A stretch of 64,000 bases of DNA from the human T2T-CHM13v2.0 reference genome, Homo sapiens, in the NCBI RefSeq assembly GCF_009914755.1, contig NC_060943.1. The stretch is one strand, 5' to 3'. Below, piece by piece: positions 1-62,276 of this stretch. How positions within the stretch are numbered: position 1 is the stretch's first letter; each line of letters opens with the position of its first letter. The notes beneath the pieces were generated by a model that searched no databases, was not told the origin of the DNA, and was given only the letters and a program-made list of their open reading frames with translations. The position numbers and the translations under genes were made by a program.

Positions 1-2070
<2,070 letters not shown>

Positions 2071-3234
2071 CACGGGCCCTGCTAAAGGAAAGATTTTTAA
2101 TGAGGAGTGGCTGTGACCCAGGCTTCGAGGCCAAGACCTGCTCGTGCTTTCATCTCAGATCTGCAGTTACTCGCTGTGTGATCCTGAGCTGTTACTTGAC
2201 CTCTCCCTGCCTTTTTTCCTCATCTGCAGAATCAGGCTGGTCATGCCCACCGGTTACATGGGGCATTGATAAGTCCTATAACTGCCGGTGGCTCCTGGGT
2301 TCGTGGCACTCACCAGCTCCTCCTGTGGAAGATCCTGGGGCATCAGGGTTGGGTCAGGGGCGGGGCTGGGTGGAGGGAGCGACCAGGAAGGAGCCCGGGG
2401 CTCCTCATTCTCTGAGCTGCTACTCCCCACCCCCAGCGCTTGTCTCCTTACCAGGGATGCTCCAAAGAGAAACCCCAGGTACGCGAGCCCTTCCCCAAAG
2501 GCTCTGTGGAGAGGCGTGATCGAGATTGGCCGCGAGAGCGTTATTACTCTCAGCGTTCTCCGTTTGCGGCCTGACCTACTTAGTATTACCCTTTTTAATC
2601 TTGTCAAAAATTACACAGACAGGGCCCTGTCGCTTGGGCCACGAAGACACAAGGGAGACAAAACGTGCTCGGGCCGAGCGGTGACGCTTCACCACACCCG
2701 GTTCTCGTTTTCCTTGTGTGCTGATTGGGGGCCGCTAGCCTGCGGCTGTGCGCACGGAGGCTGGTGTGCGCCTGCTGTGGGCTCCCAGCCTCTCCTCCCG
2801 GCGCGGGAGGACCAGGCTAAGCCTGGAGGGAGCCGGGAAACTGAGGAAGGGCCGAGGTTCCCTCCTGTGGTTCCCTCCTCCTGGCCCCCCCTCTTGACCA
2901 GCGCTGACGCCCTCATTCCTCAGGCCATGCTTCCATTCTGTCCGGGCATTTCTACTCAGACGCTGGCCTCGCCTGCAGCATCCGCCCAGCCCTGCACCGT
3001 GTACTCCCTGCTCCCTCTTGCCCGGCCGCAACACCCGGTCACAAACGTGGGCCTTACTCTGCCTGTCCTTCCTGGCCTCGTCTCCCGCGAGCCCCGTGAC
3101 ATGCCTCTCACCCATTCTCACACCCTTATCTCCTCCACCTTGCTCTCTCCTGGACACCATGCGTGCCCCACTCCAGCCTGTCACACGCCATTTTGGTCAT
3201 CACACCAGGAGAATGGGACTTAATTGTTTCATGA

Positions 3235-7730
<4,496 letters not shown>

Positions 7731-8132
7731 GCAGCCATTTCTGGACCTCTTGACATGGTCTCGGCACTGTCTTAGGTGCTCCACCTCCCACTTCCATGCT
7801 TTCCTGGTCACAGGCCTCTGAGGTCAAAACTGAGCCATCCCCATTGCCCAGAAGTGGTCACTGAAGCACAGAGGGTTGAAGTCATTTGCCCCAGGTTTAA
7901 CCCTGAAGCCCGCGGCCCGACCCTAGTGCCCACCATACACGAATCCATCTCACTCTCCTGCCTTCGTTCTTCGGCTCTTCTGGGCCTCGGTTTCCCCATT
8001 TGTAAAGCCAGGAGACAACACGCCTGACATTCAGGATCCCGCATGTGGTTGCCGTCCTCTGGGTCATAGTCCTGATGGGGAAATCCACCCACGACTGGTG
8101 GTGACGCGCGTTCTCTGCCCCGACTCCCACAG

Positions 8133-21469
<13,337 letters not shown>

Positions 21470-21641
21470 GCCGCGGGCAGCCAGGCCCAGCCCCCGCCCG
21501 AGCTCAGGCTGCCCCTCTCCTTCCCCGGCTCGCAGGAGAGCAGAGCAGAGAACTGTGGGGAACGCTGTGCTGTTTGTATTTGTTCCCTTGGGTTTTTTTT
21601 TCCTGCCTAATTTCTGTGATTTCCAACCAACATGAAATGAC

Positions 21642-21681
21642 TATAAATGGTTTTTTAATGAAAAAAGAAATCACTTTTATT
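21642..21681. terminator. Convergent poly(A) signals: TATAAA variant (+, 21642-21647, HDGFL2) and AATAAA (-, 21676-21681, PLIN4)
   Basis: Sequence ctataaatggttttttaatgaaaaaagaaatcacttttattgg. I saw no canonical + strand AATAAA between the HDGFL2 stop and this element. Confidence 0.75.
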
Positions 21682-23917
21682 GGCTTGGTTTTCTAGCATT
21701 GCTGGTGCAGTGGGGGCCTGAGCTGGGGCGCAGTCGGCAGTGTCACTGGGCCCGTTTGGGACTGGGTTGAGCCATCAGGCCACCGTGAGAAGCGACTAAA
21801 AGGCACTCTGGGCCCAGCCCAACCCTGAAAGGCCAGTGGCAGGAGAGCTGGGCGGGAGCAAGCTCTTCCCAGGAGACAAGAGGGACAAACCAGGGCATCT
21901 AAGCTGTGCTGCCTGCGCCCTGCCCCGCACCCACGAGGCTGGGGGGTTTGATGCTTCCTGCATCTGGCAGCCCAGGGTCCAGGCAGGTGAGCAGGTCCGA
22001 TGTGGGGAGGACGAGGGTCCGCGAGGCTAGGCTGGGAGGGTGGAGACCAGGCCTTCCCTGAGAGCCGCTGCTAGCCGACAGTGGTCTCCAGCGTTCAGGG
22101 AGCATGGGCCTCAGGGGCCAGCCTCGACTCACCCCAGCTGTGTCACCCACACACCGTGTGACTTTGGACAGGTTCCCCTCCCACTCGGGGCTTCTCTTTC
22201 CTCCTCTGCATAAGGGGCTGTCACGTGGGCACGGTCCCAAGCAAGTCACCCCGTGCTCCGAAGTTGCTCATTCCACAGTGGCGTCTCGTGTTTGTCGTCC
22301 TGCCCAGCGTAGCCGAGTTGCCTCCGTCCCAGTAAGAATTAGGCTGTGGTGTGGCGGGAAGGGACTTCCTGAGCTGCGGCCCCATGCTTGGTTGGCTGGA
22401 CGTGAGCTGCAGTCACTGTGCCTGATTTCTGCAAATGGCTGTGTCTGGCATCCTAGCCTCCGATGGCCATGGGTGTCGGGCTGAGGAGAAGGCTTGGGAA
22501 GGCTCCTGACCCGTCCCCTCTCACGGCCCGTCACCTGAGGCAGTCCTTGCCGTGCCAGCTTCCCCGGTTCAGAGCTGAGCTGAATGCCCCGGCCCCTCAC
22601 GGCCCCTGGTGCACATGGTGACCCCTGGGGCCCCTCCACCCTTCCTCCCCCTGGGTCTGGGGTTCCTGGGCTCGTGTCCTAGGAGAGCATGGAAAGGGGA
22701 CGACAAGGTTCTCTTACCGGGTGAGTGGGGATATGGCTTCCTGGGGAGGCCGGGCTGAACGGCTCCTCCCCGCTGGACTGAGCGCAGCCACGGCACGTCT
22801 CACACCCGACCTGAGCCTGCCAGCCTCCACGACCTGGGCTAGCCTGAGAGCACGGGGCCCGGCGGCCGGGTCCGCCACCACCAGTGTCTCTGATGCCTGC
22901 AGCCTCCCCAGCCCCGCTTCCTCTGCAGCCCGGCGCTTGGGTGGGCCTGAGGACCCAGGGGGAGTGTGCGGCGGAGGAAGGGCTGTGCCATAGGCACGCA
23001 GCCTCTGTGGCTGTTCCCAGCCCTGTCTGATCCCTCCATAGGGCACAGTTCCCTGCGGGGAAGTCCTTTGTCTGTGTTCTCCAGGGGCAGCTGCTGGGCC
23101 CAGCCTCCCCAGGGGCCTCAGAGCCCCAGGTGCCTGGGGCAGGCCTGTGGTGGGCAGCTGGAGGCAGCAGCAGCCTGTTTGCTTGTTTTTTGCACCCCCC
23201 ACCCCCTGCAAACTGCTCAGTCTCAAGCCAGGCTGGTGCAAAGCCCCAGCTGTGGCTGCTGTGGCTCCTGGCAGCTTTGTCCCCACCGTGAGGCCACCCC
23301 GGGGGTCAGCAAAGGCAGTAGCAGCCTGCCTTGGGATGATGATGGCAGTGTCGCTTTTTCTAGTACTTTCTACTATGAGGGAATGTGGTTCTTAAGACCC
23401 TCAAGGTGTGTGTGCTAAGGCCGGAGACCCACTTTCAGCATGAGAACGGAGCTGCCCGGAGCCTGGGATGCCACAGCACTGCCTGCACCGCTGATAGCTG
23501 GGGGCCCGTGCTGCAGGACTGGAAGAGCCCTGCTAGATATAAAAGGGTTGCTAGCGGGGCAAACAGATGCCCTTCCAGGCTGGGCACGCTGCTTTTTCTC
23601 TTTCCTAATTGCAGTGCTTGCTTGGGGACTTCAAGGGAAGGCTCTTGGCTGGTGGTCTGAGTGACCCCAGGCTCCGAGAGGGGCAGGCAGCGCTGGGGAG
23701 GAGGTGGGAGATGCAGGCAGGCCCGGAGCAGGGCGTGGGGTGGCTCAGTTAAGAAGGTCACTGCCTCCGCAGCCCCTCGGCGCTCAGCCAGCTGCAGCCC
23801 CAAAGGTCTAGGGCTTTAGGGAACCGATCCAGGTTTGGGGGCGGGGAGAAAGTTCTGAGGCAGCTCCTCCCTGGACAGAGCAGGGCGACCCCGCGCCGGG
23901 CCTGCAGGCTCCTACAG

Positions 23918-37954
<14,037 letters not shown>

Positions 37955-38119
37955 AGTGAGAACGTGAGAAGCTGGAAGGGGGCAGAGAAGGTGCGTGAAT
38001 GGGGGTTCCCTAGCCTCCCATCCCACACCCACTCCCCACTGAAAGCCTGAGCAGCCCGACACCCACCTGCAGGCCTGGCCTCACCCTGGTGTCACCGAAG
38101 CAGACGCGGCCCCGCTCAC

Positions 38120-38330
38120 CTGGACTGCGCGGGGTCCCCTGGAGGACGGACCGGCCCGGCTGGCAGCTGGCTCTACCCTCAGCTCCCTGGCCTTATAGGG
38201 TCCGGGGCAGGCGCAGGCCCAGCCAGCAGCGGCAGGCGGCCAATGGGCCCGGGGGAGGTGGCCTGGACGGTCACATGGCTACCTGCCCAGCCCAGCATGG
38301 GCCCAGGCCCAGCACCTTTCCCCTGTTTCC
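38120..38330 (-). promoter_or_regulatory. PLIN4: PLIN4 non-coding exon 1 and promoter (TATA, inverted CCAAT, DR1-like element)
   Basis: Donor CAG|GTGAG at 38120/38119. TATAA (-) 38193-38197. CCAAT (+) 38240-38244. AAAC-AGGGGA-A-AGGTGC (-) 38312-38328 resembles a PPAR/RXR DR1. Confidence 0.7.
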
Positions 38331-39946
38331 TGCCCACAGCTTGCATCAGGCTGAGTGGCTCACAGGCCAGATGGGCTCCCCTCCCGGGCCCCTGAGCCTC
38401 CAGTTCCATCCACGAGGTGGGTGTAGTTCAAATCTCTGCTGCACCAGGATGCCTTGGCCAGTTACCATCTTTTTGCTTCAGGTTTCTCTCTCGTACTCCG
38501 CACCACGTCCCGTAACATCCAGCTTCTTCTCTGCTCTCATCTCCCCCAGCTTCCTCCTTCGCTTGCTTCATCCCAGCCACACAGGCCTCCTCGCTATGCC
38601 TCCAGCGCACCTGGCACGGTCCTGCCTTAGGGCCTCTGCACGGGCTGTGCCCTCTGCCTGGAACACCTTCCCTGCAGGTTCCCACAGGGCACCCTCTTCC
38701 GCCCACAGAACAGTGCCTGGCATACATTTGGCGCTTAATACACGTTTGGCTCAATGGAGCAACACAGAGAGTGGTTGTGAGCCTCTGTGAGATGAGGTCA
38801 TGCACTGAACAAATGCTGCCTTCGCGTTACCCAGGCAGAAGCGGGGTCTCGGGGTCTCGGCAAGGAGCAGGGGGTGTCCTCAGTGTGGAGGGGAGCCCAT
38901 CACTCTCCGGAAGGGACTTGGGCCAAAACGCAGACCAAGATGGAGCACCAGCCAAGCTGGGGGCACCCTAGGAGTGGAAACCCAGCCTGGGGGGCTTGGG
39001 CCAACCCAGGGAGGCTCCCTGGAGGAGGCGTCCTGTTCCAGAAGTGGTGAGGATGGGATTCAAACCCAGACCCTCCTGTTCCAGGAAGTGGTGAGGACGG
39101 GATTCAAACCCAGACCCAGAACCTTCGTGCTGAGCCCAGCCTATGTGCTGGGCTGTCTGTGGGTGGGTGGGCAGAGGAATGGCCGTAACGCCCACCCTGG
39201 GCTGTGTCCCCCTCCTACCTGCCCCTGAGACAGGGTTCCTAGCCCTGTGTTATTGGGGGTGAGAGGGCAGACCCCATGGGTGGCTCTGGGCACTGGGCTG
39301 GGAGGAGGGAGGGTACAGCCACAGGATCTGATGATTCCCAGGCCGTCTGTCTCCTTGGAGCCGACACTGTGTTTGCCAAACAGTGGGGGAACAGAAGGGG
39401 GAGTGTCCCCCAACCTCTTCTACCAGCCAGTGCTTCCCAAGGGTGGCTGGGAGAGCTCTGGGTGCCCCTCCCCTTCCCAAAGGGCAGCCACAGCCCAGTG
39501 TGTGGAGAGAAAAAATTAAAAAGTGATCATAAACATCCCAGCCAGGATCTACCCCTCCTCTGCCCAGCACCCTCCATGGCTCCCACCTTCTCCGGGGTGG
39601 GAGCCCAGGGTCAAAGCCCAAGTCCCCTTCCTGCAGCCCGGTAGGCCCTGCATAACCTGCCTCGTCTGCTCCCCACCTTCCTCTCCTTCTTCTCTTCACT
39701 CTGCTCCAGCCACACGGGCCTTTTCACTGTTCCCATAACATGCCAGGACAGAGTCCCTCAAAGACACACGTGACTGTGCCTGCTTAGCCCCGCACACCCT
39801 TCCTCAGGGCTTTCGTGTGGGTTGTTGCTTTTGCCTCCAGCACCCTTTCCCACATCCCTCACCTCCTTCCAGGTCTTTCCTCAAATATCACTTCCTCAAA
39901 GAGGCATTCCTGGATCTCCTCTCCCTTTAAAAAATATATACCTCAG

Positions 39947-42905
<2,959 letters not shown>

Positions 42906-43207
42906 CTTGGAAAGATTTGGATTCGCTTCATGGAGCCAGGGAGCAGGACATAGGTGAAGAACCCAGCTTGTGGCTCAAGTTGGCCTGAATAGGGTTCGAG
43001 GCCCTGCTCCCCCGGGCCTCTTTGTCCATGTGTTCAAGGAAAAAATGGGAGAGTCCAATACCAAAAAGGTGGTCAGAGATCCGGAGTTGGGCCTGATTCC
43101 AAAGAAGGGTCAAGGCCAAGGCCTCGAGCTTACGTGTGGCCACCAGGGGGCAGCAGGGATCGGGGTGTGCAGGTGGCCTTTCCTCCCCGCCTCCACTGGC
43201 CCATGGG

Positions 43208-53741
<10,534 letters not shown>

Positions 53742-53998
53742 CGTGCTGCAAACAGGGTCACCCTGCGGGGCAGGATTGAGTAAGGGGAGCACCTGCCCAG
53801 GCATCAGATCCTGTCAAATTGGGCTCTGTGACTTGAGCAACTCTCAAACCTCTTGGGGCCTCAGTTTCTTCATCTGCATAATGGGGCATTCTGTGGAGCT
53901 CAGACAATGCATGTCCAGAGCTCTGTACACAGAGGGTGTCCAATAATGAGCCTCTGGCAAGGTAGGGTTGCCGGAGTGACTCGAAGCATGGTCTCTGA

Positions 53999-54274
<276 letters not shown>

Positions 54275-54831
54275 TGATCTGCCCACCTCGGCCTCCCAAA
54301 GTGCTGGGATTACAGGCATGAGACACTGCACCTGGCCAGCTGTGTGATTTTTGGCAAGCACCTTCACCTCTCTGGGCTGCTTCCTGTTTTGTAAGATGTG
54401 GGAGGTCCCTGCTACCCCTGCGGCCCCTGCCTGGGCCCAGAACTGCCCAAGCACCCTAGACGGCTGGAGGTGGTAGCTGCTGGGTCCCAGTCCACTCACA
54501 GCTCATTTGACAGACAGGGCAACTGAGGTACGCAGCAGGTCCATGCTGGTCCCAAGGTCACGCAGCCAGCTAGAGTTACAGGGGGGGAGCTCGACCTCGG
54601 GCCTCAGACCTGCCGCCTGCGATCCCTCCGGTTGCCACCCCGCGTCCTCTGAGGCCTGGTCCTCGCCCAACTGGGTCCTGAGCTGGGGCCAACCGGGCCA
54701 AGGGTCCCAGCCACCTGCTCTGGCCGGTCATACCCGTCCCACGCCGCCGGACCTTCGCCCAACCACCCTATCTGGAGCTCCTCTCCTAAGCCCGGGGGGG
54801 CGCTCCCGGACGCCGCCCTCAGGGCACTCAC

Positions 54832-55150
54832 CTGGGCGCGAGCGGCTTCAGACACCAGCTGTCTCCGCCGACCCCAGGCTCGAGTCTCCACACCCCCGCC
54901 GGTCCCGCCCGCCCTTCTTATAGCTGCTCGCGCAGTGGGGGCCTCCGGAACTGACCAATGGGGAGAGGCCGTGCGGGGGCGTGCCCAGGGGGCGTGGCTC
55001 CAGGCTTCCCTCGCCCTCTCCTTGAGCTGGCCCAGTGCCCTACGGTTGCCATAGTAATTCGGGAGCGCTAGATTCAAAAGATTGAGCTATTATACGTTCC
55101 CGGACCAAGTTTGGCCACCTGTCATCCTCACTGCTGTTGCCATAGAGACA
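54832..55150 (-). promoter_or_regulatory. PLIN5: PLIN5 non-coding exon 1 and CpG-rich promoter
   Basis: Donor CAG|GTGAGT at 54832/54831. TATAA (-) 54918-54922. CCAAT (+) 54955-54959. GC boxes and local CpG enrichment. Confidence 0.8.
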
Positions 55151-55239
55151 GTCCATGCGATCACAGCCCCCATAGCCCTGCTGAGTGACCTTGGCCAACT
55201 CGCTGATGACTTTTCTTATTAATTATTATTATTTATCGA

Positions 55240-56370
<1,131 letters not shown>

Positions 56371-56684
56371 AGGCTGCATGGTCATTTTTTAGGGAGCTGG
56401 GAAAACTGGACATGCCCCCAAGCCCCAGGGTCTTCCAAATCCGATTGCAGCCCCCACATGGCCAATGCTGTATCAGCAGGTGGGCCCGGGACCCTGCTCA
56501 TCCCTTCAGCCCCATCCTGCCCCTGCAACCTTGCCCGGGGGCAGGTGCCCCCTTCGATGATCTCAGGTCAGCATGACAAATCGTTTGGAGACCTGGGCAA
56601 TCTGGTTTAACTTAAACCTTCTCCTAGGACACAAGCCCTGGCAGAAATCCACTGGTAAAATGACACCCGGGCAACAGTCAAGGT

Positions 56685-56905
56685 TTTATTTCCAGTTAGG
56701 TCCCAGGATGGGGGAAGGGAGAGGAGAAGTCACAGGCCATTGATCCCAACTGTCATCCCCTAGGGAGACCATATCCCACACCCCAGGGCCTGGGCCATGC
56801 CTCTTTTCCTCCTTCACCCTGGAGTCCTGGGAAGTTGATTTGAGAAGATGCTAGGAACACAATGAAAGCCAATTCATCCGATCCAGTTTTCAAGGGTTAT
56901 TTATT
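56685..56905 (-). terminator. LRG1: Two LRG1 poly(A) signal candidates (AATAAA at 56900-56905 and 56685-56690)
   Basis: tttatt occurs twice on the + strand in unique sequence downstream of the LRG1 stop. Confidence 0.65.
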
Positions 56906-57230
56906 AAACCCCTTGGTTCTGACCCCAAGCTAAGTGGGACTCAGCATCAGACCCTGCACTCAGAGAGCCCCCTGACTTGGGGAAGACAGAGTCAGAGAAA
57001 GGCAGCCCCAGTGTGGCCAGGGCTCAGCTGGAAGGAAGGACAAGGGGCTGGGAGAACCCAGAGTTCAAGAGATCTGGGAAACAGGGAACGGCATTCCAGA
57101 CGGAGGGCACACCTTGGGCATGGGTAAGGAAAGCCCATCGTGTGTTCTAGGAAGCATGGATGGATGAAACGGGGTCCCAGCCGCTATGGACAGCCCCGAG
57201 TTTCACCTGTAAAAGGCAGGATTATTTGTT

Positions 57231-57533
<303 letters not shown>

Positions 57534-57606
57534 AAAGGCAGGATTATTTGTTAAGCGGGTTGCAGTGTTCTACCAGACCCCCCACCCTCAACCCAAGCCC
57601 CTGGTC

Positions 57607-59680
57607 TCACTGGGACTTGGCCACTGCCAGGAGCGTCTGGCCCTTCACGGCTTCAGGCCCAGCACAGCGCGTGTCATTCTGGGAAAACATCTTGTCTTTT
57701 TGGGCCTGAAGCCAACGATAGAGGTCGCTCAGGTTCTGGTCACAGATCCAGGGGTTGCCGGAGATGTCGAAGCCATCCCGCATGTCCCAGTTTGGCTGCC
57801 CTAGGGATGCCCAGAGCCCCTCGGGCACGCTGGCCAGTGAGTTATTGGAGAGGTCCAGCATGTCCAGCTGCCGCAGGCCCTGGAAGGCACCGGCTGCCAC
57901 CCTGGCCAGCTTGTTGCCGTTCAGGAAGAGGTAGCGCAGGTCCGGCTGCGGCAAGAGGAGATCTTTTCCCAGTACTTGCAATTTGTTGCCTTCTAGATGT
58001 AGCCGTTCTAATTGCAGCGGACCCCTCAGGAGGTCAGGTGGCAAGGTCTCCAACTGGTTCTCCCCAAGGTCAAGGGTGCGCAGGAGGGTGAAGTTGGCCA
58101 GCAGCCCGGGGGGCAGTTTCCGGAGGCGGTTCCCAGACAGGTCCAGATGCCCCAGAGCTTTCAGGCCGTGTAGCCACGAGACCTCCAGGACCTCCAGCTG
58201 GTTTTCTTTCAATACCAGGGTGTCCAGGGTGGCTGAGGCCTGGAAGAGGCCCGAGGGCAGCCCGGTCAGGGCGTTTCGGGTTAGATCCAGCACCCTCAGC
58301 TGCGGCACTGGCCGCAGGAATTCGGGCGAGAGGCTTTCCAGCCCATTGCTGGAGAGGTGCAATTCTTGGAGCTTAGAGGCGCCCTGGAGGAGGTTGGCTG
58401 GCAGGTGGGTCAGGTTGAAGAATTCCACGGCCAGGTGCACGGTGTCGGCTGGCAGGTAGCCGGGGATTTCGGCAGGTGGTTGACAGGAGATGGAGCTGCC
58501 ATGGTCTGAGCGGAACACCTGGCAGTCTTTGGGGCTCAGGGTGACCCCCCAGGCTGAGGCTGCCAACAGCAGCAGCAGGAACAGAGTTCTAGAAACATGG
58601 GGTTGAATGCCCCCTGGGCTGCAGGCAGTAACAGAAGATGCTTACTAAACCACAGTGAAAATACACTCAGCTAGGTGAAAATACACCAGCAAATCCGCCC
58701 ACTTCTTCCCATCTCTGCGGCTACCAGCCTGGACTATGCTACCTCATCTCTCACCTGTACTAGGGCAGTTGCTTCCTCCTCCTCTTCCAGCTTCTACCCT
58801 CACCCCCGACAGCTGCCAGAAGTGGCCCCTGTTCCAGGGAGAATTATAATTCTAGGAAAGTTGAGTTTCTGAGTGTAACTCCCGCATAATATGAATACAC
58901 TTCCCCATCACCAGCCTAGCCCCCATGAGCTGTTAATTATTCACAGTCCAACTTGCTAGTTTCTTCTGATCTGGCTTATTTTCTGGGTCAGTCCTTGTCT
59001 CCCTGGCTCTGTGTTTTGATGTGAACTCCTATTCATCCTTCAAAGCCCCAGCTCCAATGCCCTCTTTTCCATGAAGACTTCTCTGCTCTGGGATCCTGGT
59101 CTTTTTGTCCACTCTTGACCAATTGGGTGCTTGGAGGAAGACAGACGTTCAGGTTCATGTTTTTGAGACAGAGTCTTGCTCAGTTGCCCAGGCTGGAGGG
59201 AACTGGCATGATCACAGCTCACTGCAGCCTCTGAACATGAAAAGTGTGTCCTGCTTTGGCCAGGTCTGAGGGTGGGCATTTGGCCTTGGGAAGCGGTGGT
59301 TTACACTTAGCACCACAACCCTTGGAAGCCTGGGGCTTCCCCTCCTCCTCCAGGGCTTCCCTGGCCCGGCAGCCATCAGACATGATCTCGACAGCCTTGG
59401 TCACTGTGGCCCCAGGCCTCTAACAAGAAGCCTCCCCCGGCTCCCTGCTGCCCATGCCCACCTGGGCTTCTGTAGGGGTGTGTGTGTGTGTGCACGCGCC
59501 AGTCTTTCTGTCACAGATAAGGTTGATCTGTGCCAGCCACCAGGCCTGTATCTGCTCCCTGTGACTTCTATGGGTTAGCTGGAATGTCCTGTATCTCCGC
59601 ATGGTCTGGCGTTCAAACCTGCCTAGGACAGGTAGTGTGGGGACCTACCTTTTTGGTCGCTGTCTGCTCCAAGAGGACAT
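57607..59680 (-). CDS. LRG1: Leucine-rich alpha-2-glycoprotein 1 (secreted LRR acute-phase protein)
   Basis: Exon 1 coding 59680-59649 ([10 protein letters not shown]), exon 2 58618-57607. 1044 nt = 347 aa with a signal peptide ([14 protein letters not shown]), mature N-terminus [10 protein letters not shown], LxxLxLxxN repeats and an LRRCT (GNPWICD). Confidence 0.98.
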
Positions 59681-59730
59681 GGTAGCTCTGCTCTTTTGCT
59701 TCTGGGTTGTCCTGGCCTGCGGAGGTGGCC

Positions 59731-60003
59731 TTATACCTGCCTGGACTGGGGGCAGGGGAACCAACCCTGGGGAAGTCCCCACCCCCGTCCAGTTCCTGAT
59801 AGGGGCTGAGCCTAAGCCAGGCAGGGGAAGGGGAGGGGTCAGGATTACAAAATTGCTTCCTGGAAATTGTTTCCTGTTCAACCCCTTTTTGACCCTGCTT
59901 CTAGAACACAGGTTTTTCTTTCCTTGCTTCCTGATTTTTGGGGGGCATCCAAGAGTCTCTCTAGTTGCATCCTCACTTCCCCCAACCCGGAGTTCAAGGG
60001 TCA
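59731..60003 (-). promoter_or_regulatory. LRG1: LRG1 proximal promoter
   Basis: TATAA (-) 59731-59735. C/EBP-like ATTACAAAAT 59844-59853. STAT GAS TTCCTGGAA 59857-59865. DR1 AGTTCA-A-GGGTCA 59991-60003. Confidence 0.75.
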
Positions 60004-60433
60004 AGGTTTGCAAGGCACTATTCCTGGAGACAGGGACAGCTCTCTGAGCAAGAGGAGGGATTTACCATAAACTTGAGCAACCCGGAAGCTCACTGAAAAG
60101 AACAAAAAAACTCGTCTTGATTTCATGGTATGTTGATATTGCTTTTTTTAAAAGAAGTCATTTTAAAAATACAGTCCAATAGTGAGTAATGCCAAACGTC
60201 TCTACGGTCCTTAGACAGTGGCTTGGGAGGAACCAAACCTGGTTCTGAATTCCAGCTCTGTCATGAACACCTTTGCTTTGTGACCTTTGGCAAGTGACTT
60301 AACTTTTCTTGGCCTCAGTTTCCCCATCTATGAAGCTGAACTCAAATCTCCAAGGGCTCCTTCTGCCCTTTTTTCTCTTCATCTGAATCTGACATCCATG
60401 CTATTGTTTCCATTCTTCCTCATTTCCTATTAA

Positions 60434-62186
<1,753 letters not shown>

Positions 62187-62276
62187 GCCTTGACTTTTGA
62201 GGGTGCCCCCACCCGTGCCACCCCCAGGAGGCAGAGCAGAGCCAGAGTCATGGGGGCCGGTGGTTGTAAACAGAGT

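Noticed and set aside
2288-3223. 311-aa + strand ORF in an HDGFL2 intron
   Set aside because: GTG start, GC-rich composition and no recognisable domain. Expected by chance at this GC content.
23538-23545. Perfect TATAAAAG on the + strand inside the PLIN4 3' UTR (possible antisense promoter, or a CPE in mRNA sense)
   Set aside because: A single short motif with no supporting context.
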